From Paraspadella gotoi (Eukaryota > Animalia > Chaetognatha): a stretch of 64,000 bases of DNA. The translations under genes were made by a program, and so were the position numbers. The notes below the pieces were generated by a model that saw nothing but the letters and a program-made list of their open reading frames with translations, made no database searches and was not told the DNA's origin. Every line of letters starts with the position of its first letter. The stretch's first letter is position 1. The stretch lies in contig CM119267.1 of the NCBI GenBank assembly GCA_051294375.1, forward strand, positions 14,873,694 through 14,937,693. The letters are read 5' to 3'. Shown piece after piece: positions 13,076 to 25,414 of the stretch.

Positions 13076-13735
13076 AAAACGAACGAATCGCTCTGGTTTT
13101 TTATGTCACTAAAAGCTAATTGAACTTTTTTTTTTCGATTGCTTTTCGATTTAAAAATTTTAAACAAAAACTACTTTTTTTACTGAACCGGGGAAAAATC
13201 TCTCGGTTGCCTTTCCTCTAATCTGTGAATTACCTTGCGTGTTCACTAAAATTCGGGTTTCTTAACCCGAAAAGTGACCGTAAGTTACCGTATTTTTTTG
13301 CTCTTTTTTTATTTTCTTTATTTTTTTTATTTTGTTGCTGTTCTTGGTTGTTAATGACGAAGAAGTTTATTTTTATTTCAGAATAAACTCTAACCGTCAC
13401 AAGTCATTATACAAAAGCGCACCTAAACTTACGTAATAACAATAAGCAATTCTCAAAGTCACAAGAGAAAAAAAAATCTCAAAAAACAAGTGAATCCATT
13501 CCGAAGTGCAATTGTACAGTGAAACCGCCTATAGTGCAAAAATCTTCCCCCTCTCCGACAACAAAACGGGAAAGTGCGAAGGCTTTGGAACCGAACAATG
13601 ATGTTGTGGCCTCTGCAATATAAACTGACTAAAAAAACATGATATTCTAAGGAATACGAGCTTCTGCGGATTCCAGTGATACTAACATAATCTCCGTCGC
13701 TGTTTTCTTTTAAAATCAAAAAACATATAAACAAA

Positions 13736-16700
13736 ATGTCTCTGCGCGAATTGTTCGAAAGCGACGTCCCGAGGAGCGGTAGCGGCGCCGCCTTGGCCGG
13801 AAATGTCGCCTCGGGCAACAAAAGTGGCGCCTCCAGCGGCAGGAACAAAAAACAAAAAGCGTCGGCCGGTAGTCGAGCGACATCGTCGAAAACGGAACAC
13901 CAGTGAGATGGGAAAAATTCTGAACGTTCGATTTATTTTATGTCAAATAACGAGCAACACGGTATTTTTTAAAGGGCCGTATTAAATTAATTTACATGAG
14001 TTAATATTATTTATGGACTAAACGTCGTTTTCTTATTACAAGAGAAAACTTCATAAATAATCAGAATATTAAATCGCGATTACTCCATTTGTCTCGAACT
14101 CGCTTAGAAAAAACGATAACATTTTAGTTTCTGTATCTATGACAACGACACCCTTTCCTTCCATCCCCCACAATTCCCAGATTTCCCGACTCTGACGACG
14201 TCGTCAACGTCTGCGTTCGCGTTCGTCCCGACGAGCGCCAAAGGTCTCAGGTGTGGGAGGTCGGCAGCGGGTCGTCGTGGGCGTCGTCGTCGTCGACGAC
14301 GTCGCTGACCGTGACGGGGACGGACACGATCCGCGTGGAGGGCGCCGGCGCGGATTCGACGCGTGACTTCACCTTCACTCGCGCCTTCGGACCCGACGCG
14401 GATCAGCGTGTCGTCTTCGAAGAGTCCGGGTTGAAACACCTCGTCGACATGGCCATGGCTGGATACTCTTGCACGGTCTTTGCTTTTGGGCAAACGGGTT
14501 CTGGAAAGACGCACACCATCACCGGCCCCCTGCAATTGGTGAGAAGTGTGGTTTCTTTGGATTCGGCTAATTCGGATCCTTTTGGATAAATAATTAAATA
14601 TTAACCGTAGTCATGAAAATCGTAGTTGCAGGATGGTATTTCGTCCGATTTCCTAATAAATTGAGTTGTAAATTCTTTAATTATTAGTTTTATTTAACGA
14701 TTGTTCTATTTAGTTTACGGCGGAAAAACAGGAAAACTCTAGATCCTCGTTCACGACCTACGACCAACGAGAGTTCGGTCTTATTCAACGAAGCTTCCTT
14801 TATCTGAACGAAAAACTTCAAGGGATGCAGAACGCCTCCTATACTGTGCAGGGTAAACAATAAATAATATTTATGCATAATAAATAAAATTGCATGCATA
14901 ATAAAATTTACATATATAATTTAAAAAAAAAAATTCAATAAATATTATTCGAGATAAAAAATGCGTGAATCTCATTTGCATATTGCAGTGTTATTGGTTT
15001 TGCTACTTTTAAATATTATTATCAAATTCTTTTAATTTAATTTATTAAAAATCAATTCATATTTTAAAAAGTAATTTTACCCATACAAGTGTACCTCTTA
15101 ATCTCCGGTGGGCAAATTTTTTTTTTAGTCTAGTATTATAAAACCAGGTAAATAAAACCTTCAAAAGTCTTCTCGAAATCATATAAGAAAGGCGGTGATC
15201 GACTTCCTTCAACTCTGGTTTCTCTTCAGAGCGAACAAATCTTTCGCCTTTTACTAAAGATTTCCGTGGAGAGGAACACTCAGAGAGTGTTTCTTTATTT
15301 ATCTCAGCCCGAGCTTACGCTCGGGAAATGAAACTGTTGGACATAATGTTCGTCAAAAAGATCCCAACGAGAGAGGCAACGTGCTCGATAATTGTACGTT
15401 TCAACAAATGATTATTTCATTATTACCTTCAGCCTCTTACTACGAGATTTACAACGAGTCGCTGGCCGACTTGTTAAACCCGACACAACATCGTCACGTC
15501 AACGTCCGATGGCACAAGGAGAGAGGATTCTTTGTGGAAAACCTTTTCCTCGTTCCTTGCGACACTGTCGACGACTTAATTGCTATAATCGAAGAAGGTG
15601 AGGGCAATATTACCTAAATTACTGTTTTCGGAAATTTTCGCTTTCGCCACATGGTTAATCGACCGTCTTCTGCCAGGAATGTGCAATCGACAAGCGGGCC
15701 CCAACAATCTTAACGAGCATTCTACACGAAGTCACGCAATTCTTACCTTTTATATCGAATCCGAAATTCCAAATGAAGACTTGGATTTGGAAACTGGTAC
15801 TCTATCAGGAATTAATTCATTCAATTAATTCATTCAATCAAACAATTAAAAAGATAAATAAATAAATTAATAAACAAATAAAAAAGAAATAAGCAAATAA
15901 ATGAATAAATGAATGGATTGTTTTTATATTGGTTCAACCCATCCTCTCAGCCGGTCCTCCAACCAGCTACTTGACTCGTCACGGAAAATTGACGTTCGTC
16001 GATTTGGCGGGAAGCGAGAAACAGAAGGACCATGGCGGCGGCGGCAGCGGCAGCGCCAGTGGCGGCGGGGCGTCCGGCGACGTCCTCGTCGAAGCCAACA
16101 ACATCAATAGAAGTCTCTTAGTCCTTGGCAACTGTATCTCGGCACTGGCCGATCCGAAGAAGCGTCATGGTCACATTCCCTTTAGGTTTTTTTTTTTAAA
16201 GTTAACTTATCAGTAATCACGAATGAGGTCAAGATGTAAGATTTTATTTCTATTCTTGCTCAATAACAGGGACAGCAAGTTGACAAAGCTGCTGTCGGAT
16301 TCGCTTGGGGGACAGGGGGTGACTCTGATGATGGCATGCCTCTCGGCGTCGCCAGCTTGTCTTCCAGAGTCGCTCAACACGTTGAGATACGCGAGTCGAG
16401 CTAGAAGAATCAAGAACAAACCTGTCGTCAAGATGGATCCACGGGAGCAGGTAGGGCTAATTATTTTGTCTGTTTCGGTGAATTCATAAATCTAGGTAGC
16501 TTTTGTTTTTCGACTAAGTTTCAAATGAAACCGAGCTAAACGTCATATTCTCATTTGCATATTGCAGTATTCAATGCTCGTATAATTTAAAGGTTTTTTC
16601 TTTTGCTTAGGGAATAGTAAATTTATTTTAACTTCTAATGTAAATAAAACGGTAATAAATAATACCGGTATCTTGCTGTCTTTTTAGGTCCTCTTTCTCG

Positions 16701-19517
16701 TTGAGCATGAATATGAATATGTTGAAGCGAGAATTAAGAAATTCTCAAAAGCATTAATATCGTTTGAAAGATTGTGTTGAAGTAACTCTGGTTTCTCTTC
16801 AGAGCGAACAAATCTTTCGCCTTTTACTAAAGATTTCCGTGGAGAGGAACACTCAAAGAGTGTTTCTTTATTTATCTCAGCCCGAGCTAAGCTTGGGAAT
16901 AATGTCTCATAATAATCTCATATCGTAGTTAGAAAAGTAATGCTATTCACTCAGATTATCACTTCCCTCAAACGCGAATTGAAGTTGTTACGGAGTGAAA
17001 ACGAATTTTTGCGAAACCAGCTCAAGTTCCCAGCGAGCCGAATAGGCTCGGCCAACACGAATGAACATCTTCAAAGTAAGATTCTAGTATATTTATAAAT
17101 TGACGCCACACTTACGCAAATTTCTCCTGTGTTTAGATCCCTTGCCATTAAGCAGACCTGAAAATGGCGAGGAAAAAGGAGACAACGCTTTGTACAGTAA
17201 GAGTGTTTTTTTTTTTAATTTATGATTAAGCAAGATAAGACTATTAAAATTTCAACCCCCGTCTGACTGACTGACTTGATTGCAGGCATGCTGCAAGAGT
17301 ACATGATCGAAAACGAAAGCCTCCGCTCTGAAAATTCCGATTTGCTGGAGCAGAAGGAGAAGATGAGCTCCGATCATCAGATTTTATCGCGAGACAACGA
17401 GAAACTCACGCGAAAGTTGAACGACTTGAATCGGTGAGAAGATTTATCGGTGAAATTTATTTATTGATAAACGTGAATTAAGGCTCCCCCCCAAAAAAAA
17501 TCACATTATTAACGTTTCTTCTGATCTCTATATTCGAACCATTTTATAGTTTGATCTATTTATCGTCTCCAAGGTAACGTTGCTCGTCAACATATCACTT
17601 AATCCGCGACCTTTTTGATTTTTAATTAATTTTGGCTTGGCTAATCACTCTTGTAACTCACGATCTCACTTTGCGTCGCGAAATTTGTCAAAGGCCGTTG
17701 ACTAATTTCCCACCTTCCACTTCTTATCTCAGTATCATGGCCTCCTCTCCCGTTTCTCACGACGGACTGGAAGCGCTTTCCCCCGGGACGTCACCTTCGC
17801 TGCCTTACCAATTGGTGCCTCACCCACTCGTGCCTTACCCCTCGGTGCCTTTACAACCAGCGATACTTCCCGACGGATTCCCGTCGCCCACTCAACAACA
17901 ACAACAACAACAACAACAAGAACGAATTAAAAAACCTCAGACTCAACAGCACCCGAACATTAATTCTCACAGTCCAACGCTGCATCAGCGCTACTCGAAT
18001 CCAGTCAACGGGGGTGGGGTTATTACACAAATAAACAGTGAGCGACAGGTAATGATTTTAACTTTTATAATACATAAAAAATTATATTTAAATTGAACAG
18101 TGATGAGTTTGCAATTCATCTTTTTCTTTTCATCAGATCTCCGCTAATTTCATGTCGACCTTTCCAACGGGAGAAAAAAGATATTCCTCTAACTCCGATC
18201 ACTATTCGAGTTAGTTACGTAAAGTTTACAATAATGATAATATTCAAAAGCATGCAACAGCATCATCTGAATTTCTCAAACCCATGACCCCGGCCCCCAA
18301 CCCTCTCACCCATCAGAATCTCCGGACGTCCTCAGAAAGGTAGAGTCGGAACCGAACCTCCGGTCGGCGCCCTTTTCCGGCGCGGCGCCTCTCAACGACG
18401 CCGCTGCGCTAAACGAAAAAGACTCCGGCGCCGTTTTCCATCACCAGCCTAGAATCGTGCGGAACTGGCAGCGGGCGGCTGCTGCGTCGTTGACGTCGAT
18501 CTCGAACAAGGATCCGCCGAAGAAAGCCTTTGCGTATGTTCGTCTGTTTGTATCTCTGACTGAAGATTAAAAAAAAACAATATTTTTTTTGATGATTGAC
18601 TTTTGACTTTTGACTTTTGAATCCGTAATAAGTTAATAATTGTTTCTTCCAGTCCAACTACCAGTTATCGCGATCGATTCATGAGAGAAATGCAACGAAA
18701 AAATAAAAGGTAACCCTTAAATTAAACGTATTTATAAATATACTCTGCGGCTTTTTAGTTGTATAATCGTAAATTGACTAATTGCTTATACTAGTAAATT
18801 ATATTCCAAAGATCCACGCTCATATCGAAAGGCGGCAGCGCTCCGTCAAGGCTACTTTGATGAATTCCAACGGCCTCTCACAAAGTTTTCCTCTCGAAAA
18901 GGCGAGTTTAAATTAAAATGATGAATGAATGAAAATGAAATGAATCATCAATCAATCAACATTTTTAAATGAATCTAGTTTCAAAATAGTTTAATATTTA
19001 TATTTAACCAGGTGTCGATCCGCCGTCGAATCCCCCAACCCAAAGCTCCTCTACTCCCACCAACGACGCCGGATCCGGCGAAGGCGTCGGCGATGCCAAA
19101 CCGAGCAGCCTTTCGGCGCCGGGAAGCGGCGCCCACCGGAAGTCGGAAATTCCGCGCGCCGCGTCGATGGACAACGTCGCGCCGAAAATGAAAAACAGTT
19201 GTGAGTTTTTTTTAATTTTAACGACCTGATGACATAACCTAAGGACCGAAATTGCTCGTCAAGACTAAAATATAATATTTTAAACTAAACGACTAACTAG
19301 TCTGAAAACTGATGAGTATAATTATATAATTCCGACCTTTCGATAGTATTTAATGTCGTCTTAAAATCTCGTCTTTCCATTCGCAGACGTAAACCAAATT
19401 TCTAGTTTCAACCAACGATTGACTGCGGAATTGTCGGTTCTGGACAACAGAATCAAGCGAGAGGCGAAAGAGACGAAGAGAGAACAGAGAAGACGGAAAA
19501 TTTATTGGCCCACGTGA
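13736..19517 (+). CDS. KIF12: Kinesin-like protein KIF12 (kinesin-16 family), about 17 exons
   Basis: [10 protein letters not shown]-loop [67 protein letters not shown], and KIF12-like coiled coil [16 protein letters not shown]. Exons start at 13736, 14181, 14714, 15433, 15677, 15951, 16270, 16955, 17137, 17286, 17732, 18137, 18317, 18653, 18812, 19012, 19387. One phase mismatch at 18709/18812 makes the tail less certain. Confidence 0.9.
14970..14989 (+). promoter_or_regulatory. snRNA distal sequence element (octamer ATTTGCAT) for U5 copy 1
   Basis: TCTCATTTGCATATTGCAGT with the octamer about 237 nt upstream of the U5 start; the same 20-mer precedes copy 2. A shared TTCTC(G/A)AAA(T/G)CAT motif at about -41/-42 is a candidate PSE. 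Confidence 0.8.
15211..15326 (+). ncRNA. RNU5: U5 spliceosomal snRNA, copy 1 (in KIF12 intron)
   Basis: AACTCTGGTTTCTCTTCAG...AAATCTTTCGCCTTTTACTAAAGATTTCCGTGGAGAGGAACAC matches the metazoan U5 5' domain, including invariant loop I GCCUUUUAC; 3' hairpin CCCGAGC-TTAC-GCTCGGG. Confidence 0.95.
16549..16568 (+). promoter_or_regulatory. snRNA distal sequence element (octamer ATTTGCAT) for U5 copy 2
   Basis: TCTCATTTGCATATTGCAGT with the octamer about 231 nt upstream of the U5 copy 2 start. Confidence 0.8.
16784..16898 (+). ncRNA. RNU5: U5 spliceosomal snRNA, copy 2 (in KIF12 intron)
   Basis: Near-identical to copy 1; 3' hairpin CCCGAGC-TAA-GCTTGGG. Confidence 0.95.
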
Positions 19518-20119
19518 CCCGCAGAAAATTTTGGGGGGGGGTGGAGTGATGGCGCTGGTGAAACGTCGCCCTCCAGATGCGGTTTATGCTCAGTGGCCTT
19601 TCTGGGTCTCTTATGTATTTTGTCTCTTGCTCTGAATTATTTTCACAAAGAAAATCACGACAAAAAGCAAAACGCTTGGTTGAAAAACTCAGAAATTCTT
19701 TGTCGCCGAAGTAGTCGTAACGAAGCTTGCGGAACATTGTTTGTTAAAAAAAAGTGGCAGATTTATGTCTCATTCAGTAGTTTTTCAGACTTGTGAAGAA
19801 TTAATTTAGAACCGTAACAATGTAAACTGATCGATTGTATTTTTTCTTCTTCTGTCAAAATGACTTACAACTAAGAGAATAGTATCTTATGTAAAATTTG
19901 CCTCACTCCTATTTATTCTGTATTCGTTGTTATACTGATTCGAATATAAACGAAGTACGTCAATGATTGTTTCTTTTCCGCTCAATTTTTTTTATCTACC
20001 AGTATTTTTGTGTCATTGATCCTTGACAACTCATTGAAAAAAAAATTCTGTGATACATTTTATTTTCGTCGAATTAAGTAAGCTGCTTAATCATCAAAGG
20101 AAAATCACGCGCATCGTTT

Positions 20120-20215
20120 TTGAAAGATATGATTAGGAAAGATACGACTGTACTTTGACAGTCGTCTTGAAAAATATGATTAGGAAAGATACGGCTGTAC
20201 TTTGATAGTCGTCGT
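20120..20215. repeat. 47-bp tandem duplication upstream of the orphan gene
   Basis: TATGATTAGGAAAGATACG(A/G)CTGTACTTTGA(C/T)AGTCGTC occurs twice. Confidence 0.85.
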
Positions 20216-20330
20216 CGTCGTCGTCGTCGTCAACTGTCAGTTTATTTACAATTCTTGTTCTCGAAAATTCTTTTATCAAACTTCATTTGACGTTTTTTCT
20301 CTGAAAAGGAAACAAAACGCAAAAACGAAA

Positions 20331-23121
20331 ATGGAAAAACTTAAGAACGTGAGTTTTTGCACCTGATGTCGGGGGGAAGTTAATAAACCTATTGGTTTGT
20401 AGGGGCAAACAATATAATATAAAAAAGGATCTATTTTTTTTAAACATTCTAAAAATGGATGAAGATTATTGTTTTGTTTTGATAAATTTTAAGAAAACTT
20501 CGACGTCGACGTATAATCCTCACCACTCACCACTCACCAGTGACCAGTCTCACCAAGTCATTATTCGCCTCACCCTTCCCCTTCAAGAGATTGACACAAA
20601 CTATCAATTCCCACAAAATTATTGACCAATTATTATTAAAACGTTTATGAAATTGGTACAACCAATATAAAAATTATCCATTCATATTTAAATTATATTA
20701 TGGTCAGTGATAAAAAAAACCTTCAAAATCTTATATTTCACCCCCGACCATCAAACCACCCCCTCTAACCATCCCCTCACCTCATCCCCGCCTCCACCCT
20801 CCCTCCCAAAGTGCGGCGACTCGTCCCCTCTCTTCGTCCACCACGGGCTCCACTTGGACGACGAAGACGTCGCCTCGATGTCCGACTCCGAAATCCGTAC
20901 GCTCATTAACACGGTCACCAATCTCAACAAGAGCAAGATGTTCGCCGGTCGGAAGGGGCGTGGTCCGGTGGTGAAACCAAAAGCGGCGTCCAAGGCGGCG
21001 CGGAAAGAGAGAAAGATGGCGCTGGTGGAAGAGGAAGAGGAGCGGCGGCAGAGATCCCAGTCGATCGACAGTGTGCGACGAAGGTGTATGAATGGGTGGG
21101 CGGGTCGATGCTTTTAGTGAACCAGATTAATGTGTATAATGTATAACATTTATATGTATAGTGTATAATAAATATTGAATACGTATAGGTTTATTATTAT
21201 CATTTTTTTAAATAGTTAAATTGCTTTAACCGAAGCTGATTCAAATTTTCCGGGTGTCCCTGTTTCAGTATTTGTTGTTTAGTTCAACATTTAACAGAAA
21301 AATTAACTTTTAAATCTTTTAACTCTCTTCAATAAAATATCAAAACAATTTTAAGTCAAAGGTCAATAATTGAACAACGGACATTCCGCAGCTTAAAGAC
21401 CAAAGTTCCGCCACTAAACTGAGCAAATCGCATTATTACCAAATTGATCATTCACAAATCAATGAAGTATTTTCGCCCTTACATGAACCAAAAAAATTAC
21501 TATCTTTGCGTAGGAAAACGTAACTAATGCTTTTCTAGGGCTTAATCATACCTTTACATTGACAATAAATCTTGATATTTACAAAACTCAAGAAAATTTT
21601 AGCTTTACCGAAAGGAGACGATTAATTATTTTCTAATCTTCTTTTGAAAAAAAAAAGGCAGCGCGCCGCCACCAACGACAACGAGGATTCTCCCTTGAAA
21701 CGAAGACCCTTCTCGATCAGCGGAATCGTCGAGGACGATCGACTCGAAGCCAGGAACAACAACAACAACAAAGACAAACGCGACAAGACTCCGAGTTCTC
21801 CAGGTTTGAGTCTTCGACCCAGATTTTTTTAAAAGTTTTTGGGAAAATTTTCGGGGGCGGATTCGATTGAGACAGAGAAACAGGTTCGACTGTCGTCCGA
21901 AATAAAAATAAGTGAAAAGAACTTTTCGACGCTCGGTCCTTCGAGATAAGTTGCACTATATAAACGTTAAACCTTGAGCTTAAAATTGGCGACTATTTAT
22001 TCACTCACATTTTTTTTTAGATTAAAAATATCCATTTGCCATCATTTAAATAATTTTGATAGTCTAACAATGCCAAAAATGTAACCTAAACGACTAAACG
22101 ACCTAAACGTCTCATAATTTATAAAACCTTTGACCAAGGCGTCGCGCCTTCGCGTCGTCCGCCCCGCCTCGTCGCTCGTCAGACGCCGCCCACCACACCG
22201 TCTCCGCACGTAACGCCGACGACGCCGATGACGTCGCCCTCTGCCGAGTTCCGCTCCTTCGTCGTCTCCGACGCCGAGCACGCCCGCGCCGATTCTCTCA
22301 TGTGCGTCGCCGAGCGCGTCCTGGCATTTCGCGCCCTCTTCGCCGACACCGCCGTTTTTCGATTTGACGACGCCACCCGGCGCGTCGGCGTCGATGCCGA
22401 CCGCTTCTCCTCGCGCGCGGCGTCGCTGGCTTGGGCGCCGGCGCTGCACCGGCAGGCGCTGGACGTTCTCGCCGCGAGGGAATTGCCGGAGTGTCGAGAT
22501 TGCGACAAGAACGGTGATGGATGGGGAATTCGAAATGTTTTACTTCTTATGCTTTTGCTCTCAATTAATCAATTAATCAATCGATTAATAATCGTGGTCC
22601 ATATTTATGGAAAATGATAAGGAAAAGCTACACTTCGAAACGCGTCTCGTATCGACTAAACCGTATAATATATCAATTATATATATTATAAAATAACATA
22701 TTGAAGTTCGGGTTGCAGTGGCAAATATAAAATTCAAAGTGATCTCTGATGTAAAACTTGGTGAGTTCGATTGAGACATCAAATCAAAACTTTTCCAAAT
22801 CCCTTTCCTTTTTTTTTTTCAGTCGACGTGAACGACCTGCGTCTTTGGCGTCACTCACCTCTCCGTCCCTCCTTCTTCGCGGGTGATTCGCCGACTCCGG
22901 ATCAGCGCAAGGCTTACAAACGAATCCTCGGCGTCGACTACGCCTCTCTCGTCGACAACAATAACAACAGCAACAGCAACAACAACAACGACGGCTCCGA
23001 CACGGAGTCGGGCGACGAACTTCCTCTCTTCCTCTGGGCCTACGCCGCGCAGTTCGAAGACTTGCGGCGCGAGGAGACCATGAGGAGAATTCTGGCAGAG
23101 TTCGAGTACGAGTTTGGATAA
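20331..23121 (+). CDS. Uncharacterised protein (about 369 aa, 5 exons) with a basic NLS-like stretch and an eh1-like motif
   Basis: Exons 20331-20348, 20812-21083, 21658-21803, 22139-22513, 22823-23121, phase-consistent GC-rich islands in AT-rich DNA. No family recognised. Confidence 0.65.
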
Positions 23122-24233
23122 GGAGGACAACCGGATATTTGACAATGTTTTCGTAATAATTGACAAAACATATCGAGAAATATGTTGGGGAATGCCACGA
23201 CGTCGATGAGGATCAAACCAGAGACGAAAATACATTACTACGAGGTCATTCCTTTCTGCTGCCAGAATTTACTTTCTTATTTAAATATATGAGATTACTT
23301 TGTTGCGAAATTGGTATTGTTTTAGGCGTAGCACTCTGTACATAATAATTGTGATTCGCAAAAAATTAAAAGGGGTTTAATGAGCTATTTAATCGTATTT
23401 ATTAGTGGAAAAAATAAAAAAATAAATTTTTTTATTAAAATTGAAAGTCACACATTTGGCAGCAGCTCTAAGTAATTAATTAACTAATTAATTTACTAAC
23501 AAATTAATTAATTTTCCGAGAATCAGTTTTCAAGAATTCTAAATTTACTGGTAAGATTCACGAAAATTTTGAATTTTACTAATTCAGAAGGTACAGAATG
23601 AAATTTCTTTTATTTAATAAATACAAGAAAAAAATCGTGAATAAACTTCAATTTCTAGTAATGCATGATTACTTTTTAATCGCCTTTACAAGGCCAACAG
23701 CGCTGCTCTTTTGTTAACCGAGTGAGCCGGTAATATTTCCCATCCTCTGCTATCTTAGTCAATTTACATCTCGAAAATAATAGAAAAAAGTTAAATAAAT
23801 ATTGATTCGAATTACGTAATGATTTTTAACGCTCTCAATTTCTTCTGCGCAATGTTTGGAACCAGACGTTTTCAATCTGGTGTGCCTTCGTCCCATCGAT
23901 TCAAGGTTATGTTCCCCTGGTGGCCGATGCAGGCATCCGCCCTTCCAACGCGTCGATATCACCAGCTTTGCAACAGTTTGAGGCTTCGGGCAAAAAAAGA
24001 AAGGAATTCGCCAGTCATGGCGGAAATTCAGCTCGGACCGAAAATAAGACGCGGACTGTAAATCTTCTTTGTTTTTTTTATTTTCGTCGATTACTTCCTC
24101 GATTTTCTAAACGTGAGCGATTCAAAAAAACTTAACGGTAAGTGTTCTCAGTCTCACCAGCTCTCTTACCAGGCTCGATGACGTCATCCTTACATCATAA
24201 ATCGCTAAACAGAGGGCCGCCCATTTCCCAGGG

Positions 24234-24318
<85 letters not shown>

Positions 24319-24561
24319 CTGCCATGATCGTCCCGTGTCATCCTCATTATCTTCTCTTTCGAGGTCATGTTCTACTTGGTCTCGCGCTCTTAAACTTATC
24401 CAGTTTTCTTTTATATGCTTTAATTTTTTTTTTAGTTTCAGTAATTTATATACTGAATACTGTTAAGACTATTTGATACAAATAATTTGATTAGCGCTTT
24501 TTAACTCCTTTCTAAACACGATTAACTGTGTGGGGGTTACACTGGGAGCGAGAGGGGAGTG

Positions 24562-24691
<130 letters not shown>

Positions 24692-25414
24692 TTCACCGTG
24701 GTGTCCATCGAAGATCGGACGTCACTCGGAGTCGTCAGCGATAAGGATCGTGATTCAGTGAATCACCGATAACCGATCGGGGTCAATTCCTCCATTTTCG
24801 ATCGTAAAGTCGAAAACGCCTTCTCTCTTTCTCTCCAGTTTTTTTCTTTTTAATCCTTAGTATTTCATTTTCCTCGAACGCAGTTCCGCTCGATGCCGAT
24901 CGGGATCTTCTAAAAGTACAATTTCCGTATTTTTTTTTCTCTCGGTACAGATTCGTTACGTCATGACTTCCTGCTGCGGGCCTTTTCGTCGATCTTCTCT
25001 TTGCGAGGAGAAGATAGCGTCGGCGCTTACAAATCGATCTTAACCCACTCCTTAACGCGAACCAAAGACTTTGCATTTTAACGAGATTTGAATAAAAGAA
25101 AAAAAGACCAAAAAAAAAAAGAAACTCTTTTTGACTTTTAGCCGTCGGAATTCTATCGTGTACTTTAAAAAAAAATATCAAGACTTCCAAATACTCCGAG
25201 TCGAGTTTGTGACAACCAAGTATCGAGAGTTGGGAGAAAGATTCTCGGTGGACAAACCGCAAAAAAACCAGAGCAAACGAGACGACTTCCCCTTGACCCT
25301 CGTGGATCCGGCTATGCGCCTCGAACCCCCGACCTTTTCTTCGATCGCTTCGTCCTCGTCGCTTCCGGTTTCGTGAAAAAAGCGCGGAAGGACGTCCCAT
25401 CTCCCCCTTCACAC

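Noticed and set aside
19221-19320. CTGATGA...GAAA hammerhead-like or C/D snoRNA-like motif in a KIF12 intron
   Set aside because: Stem II cannot pair; no terminal stem or recognisable guide.
20120-20215. CRISPR-like hairpin repeats
   Set aside because: Only two adjacent copies, no spacers, eukaryotic context.
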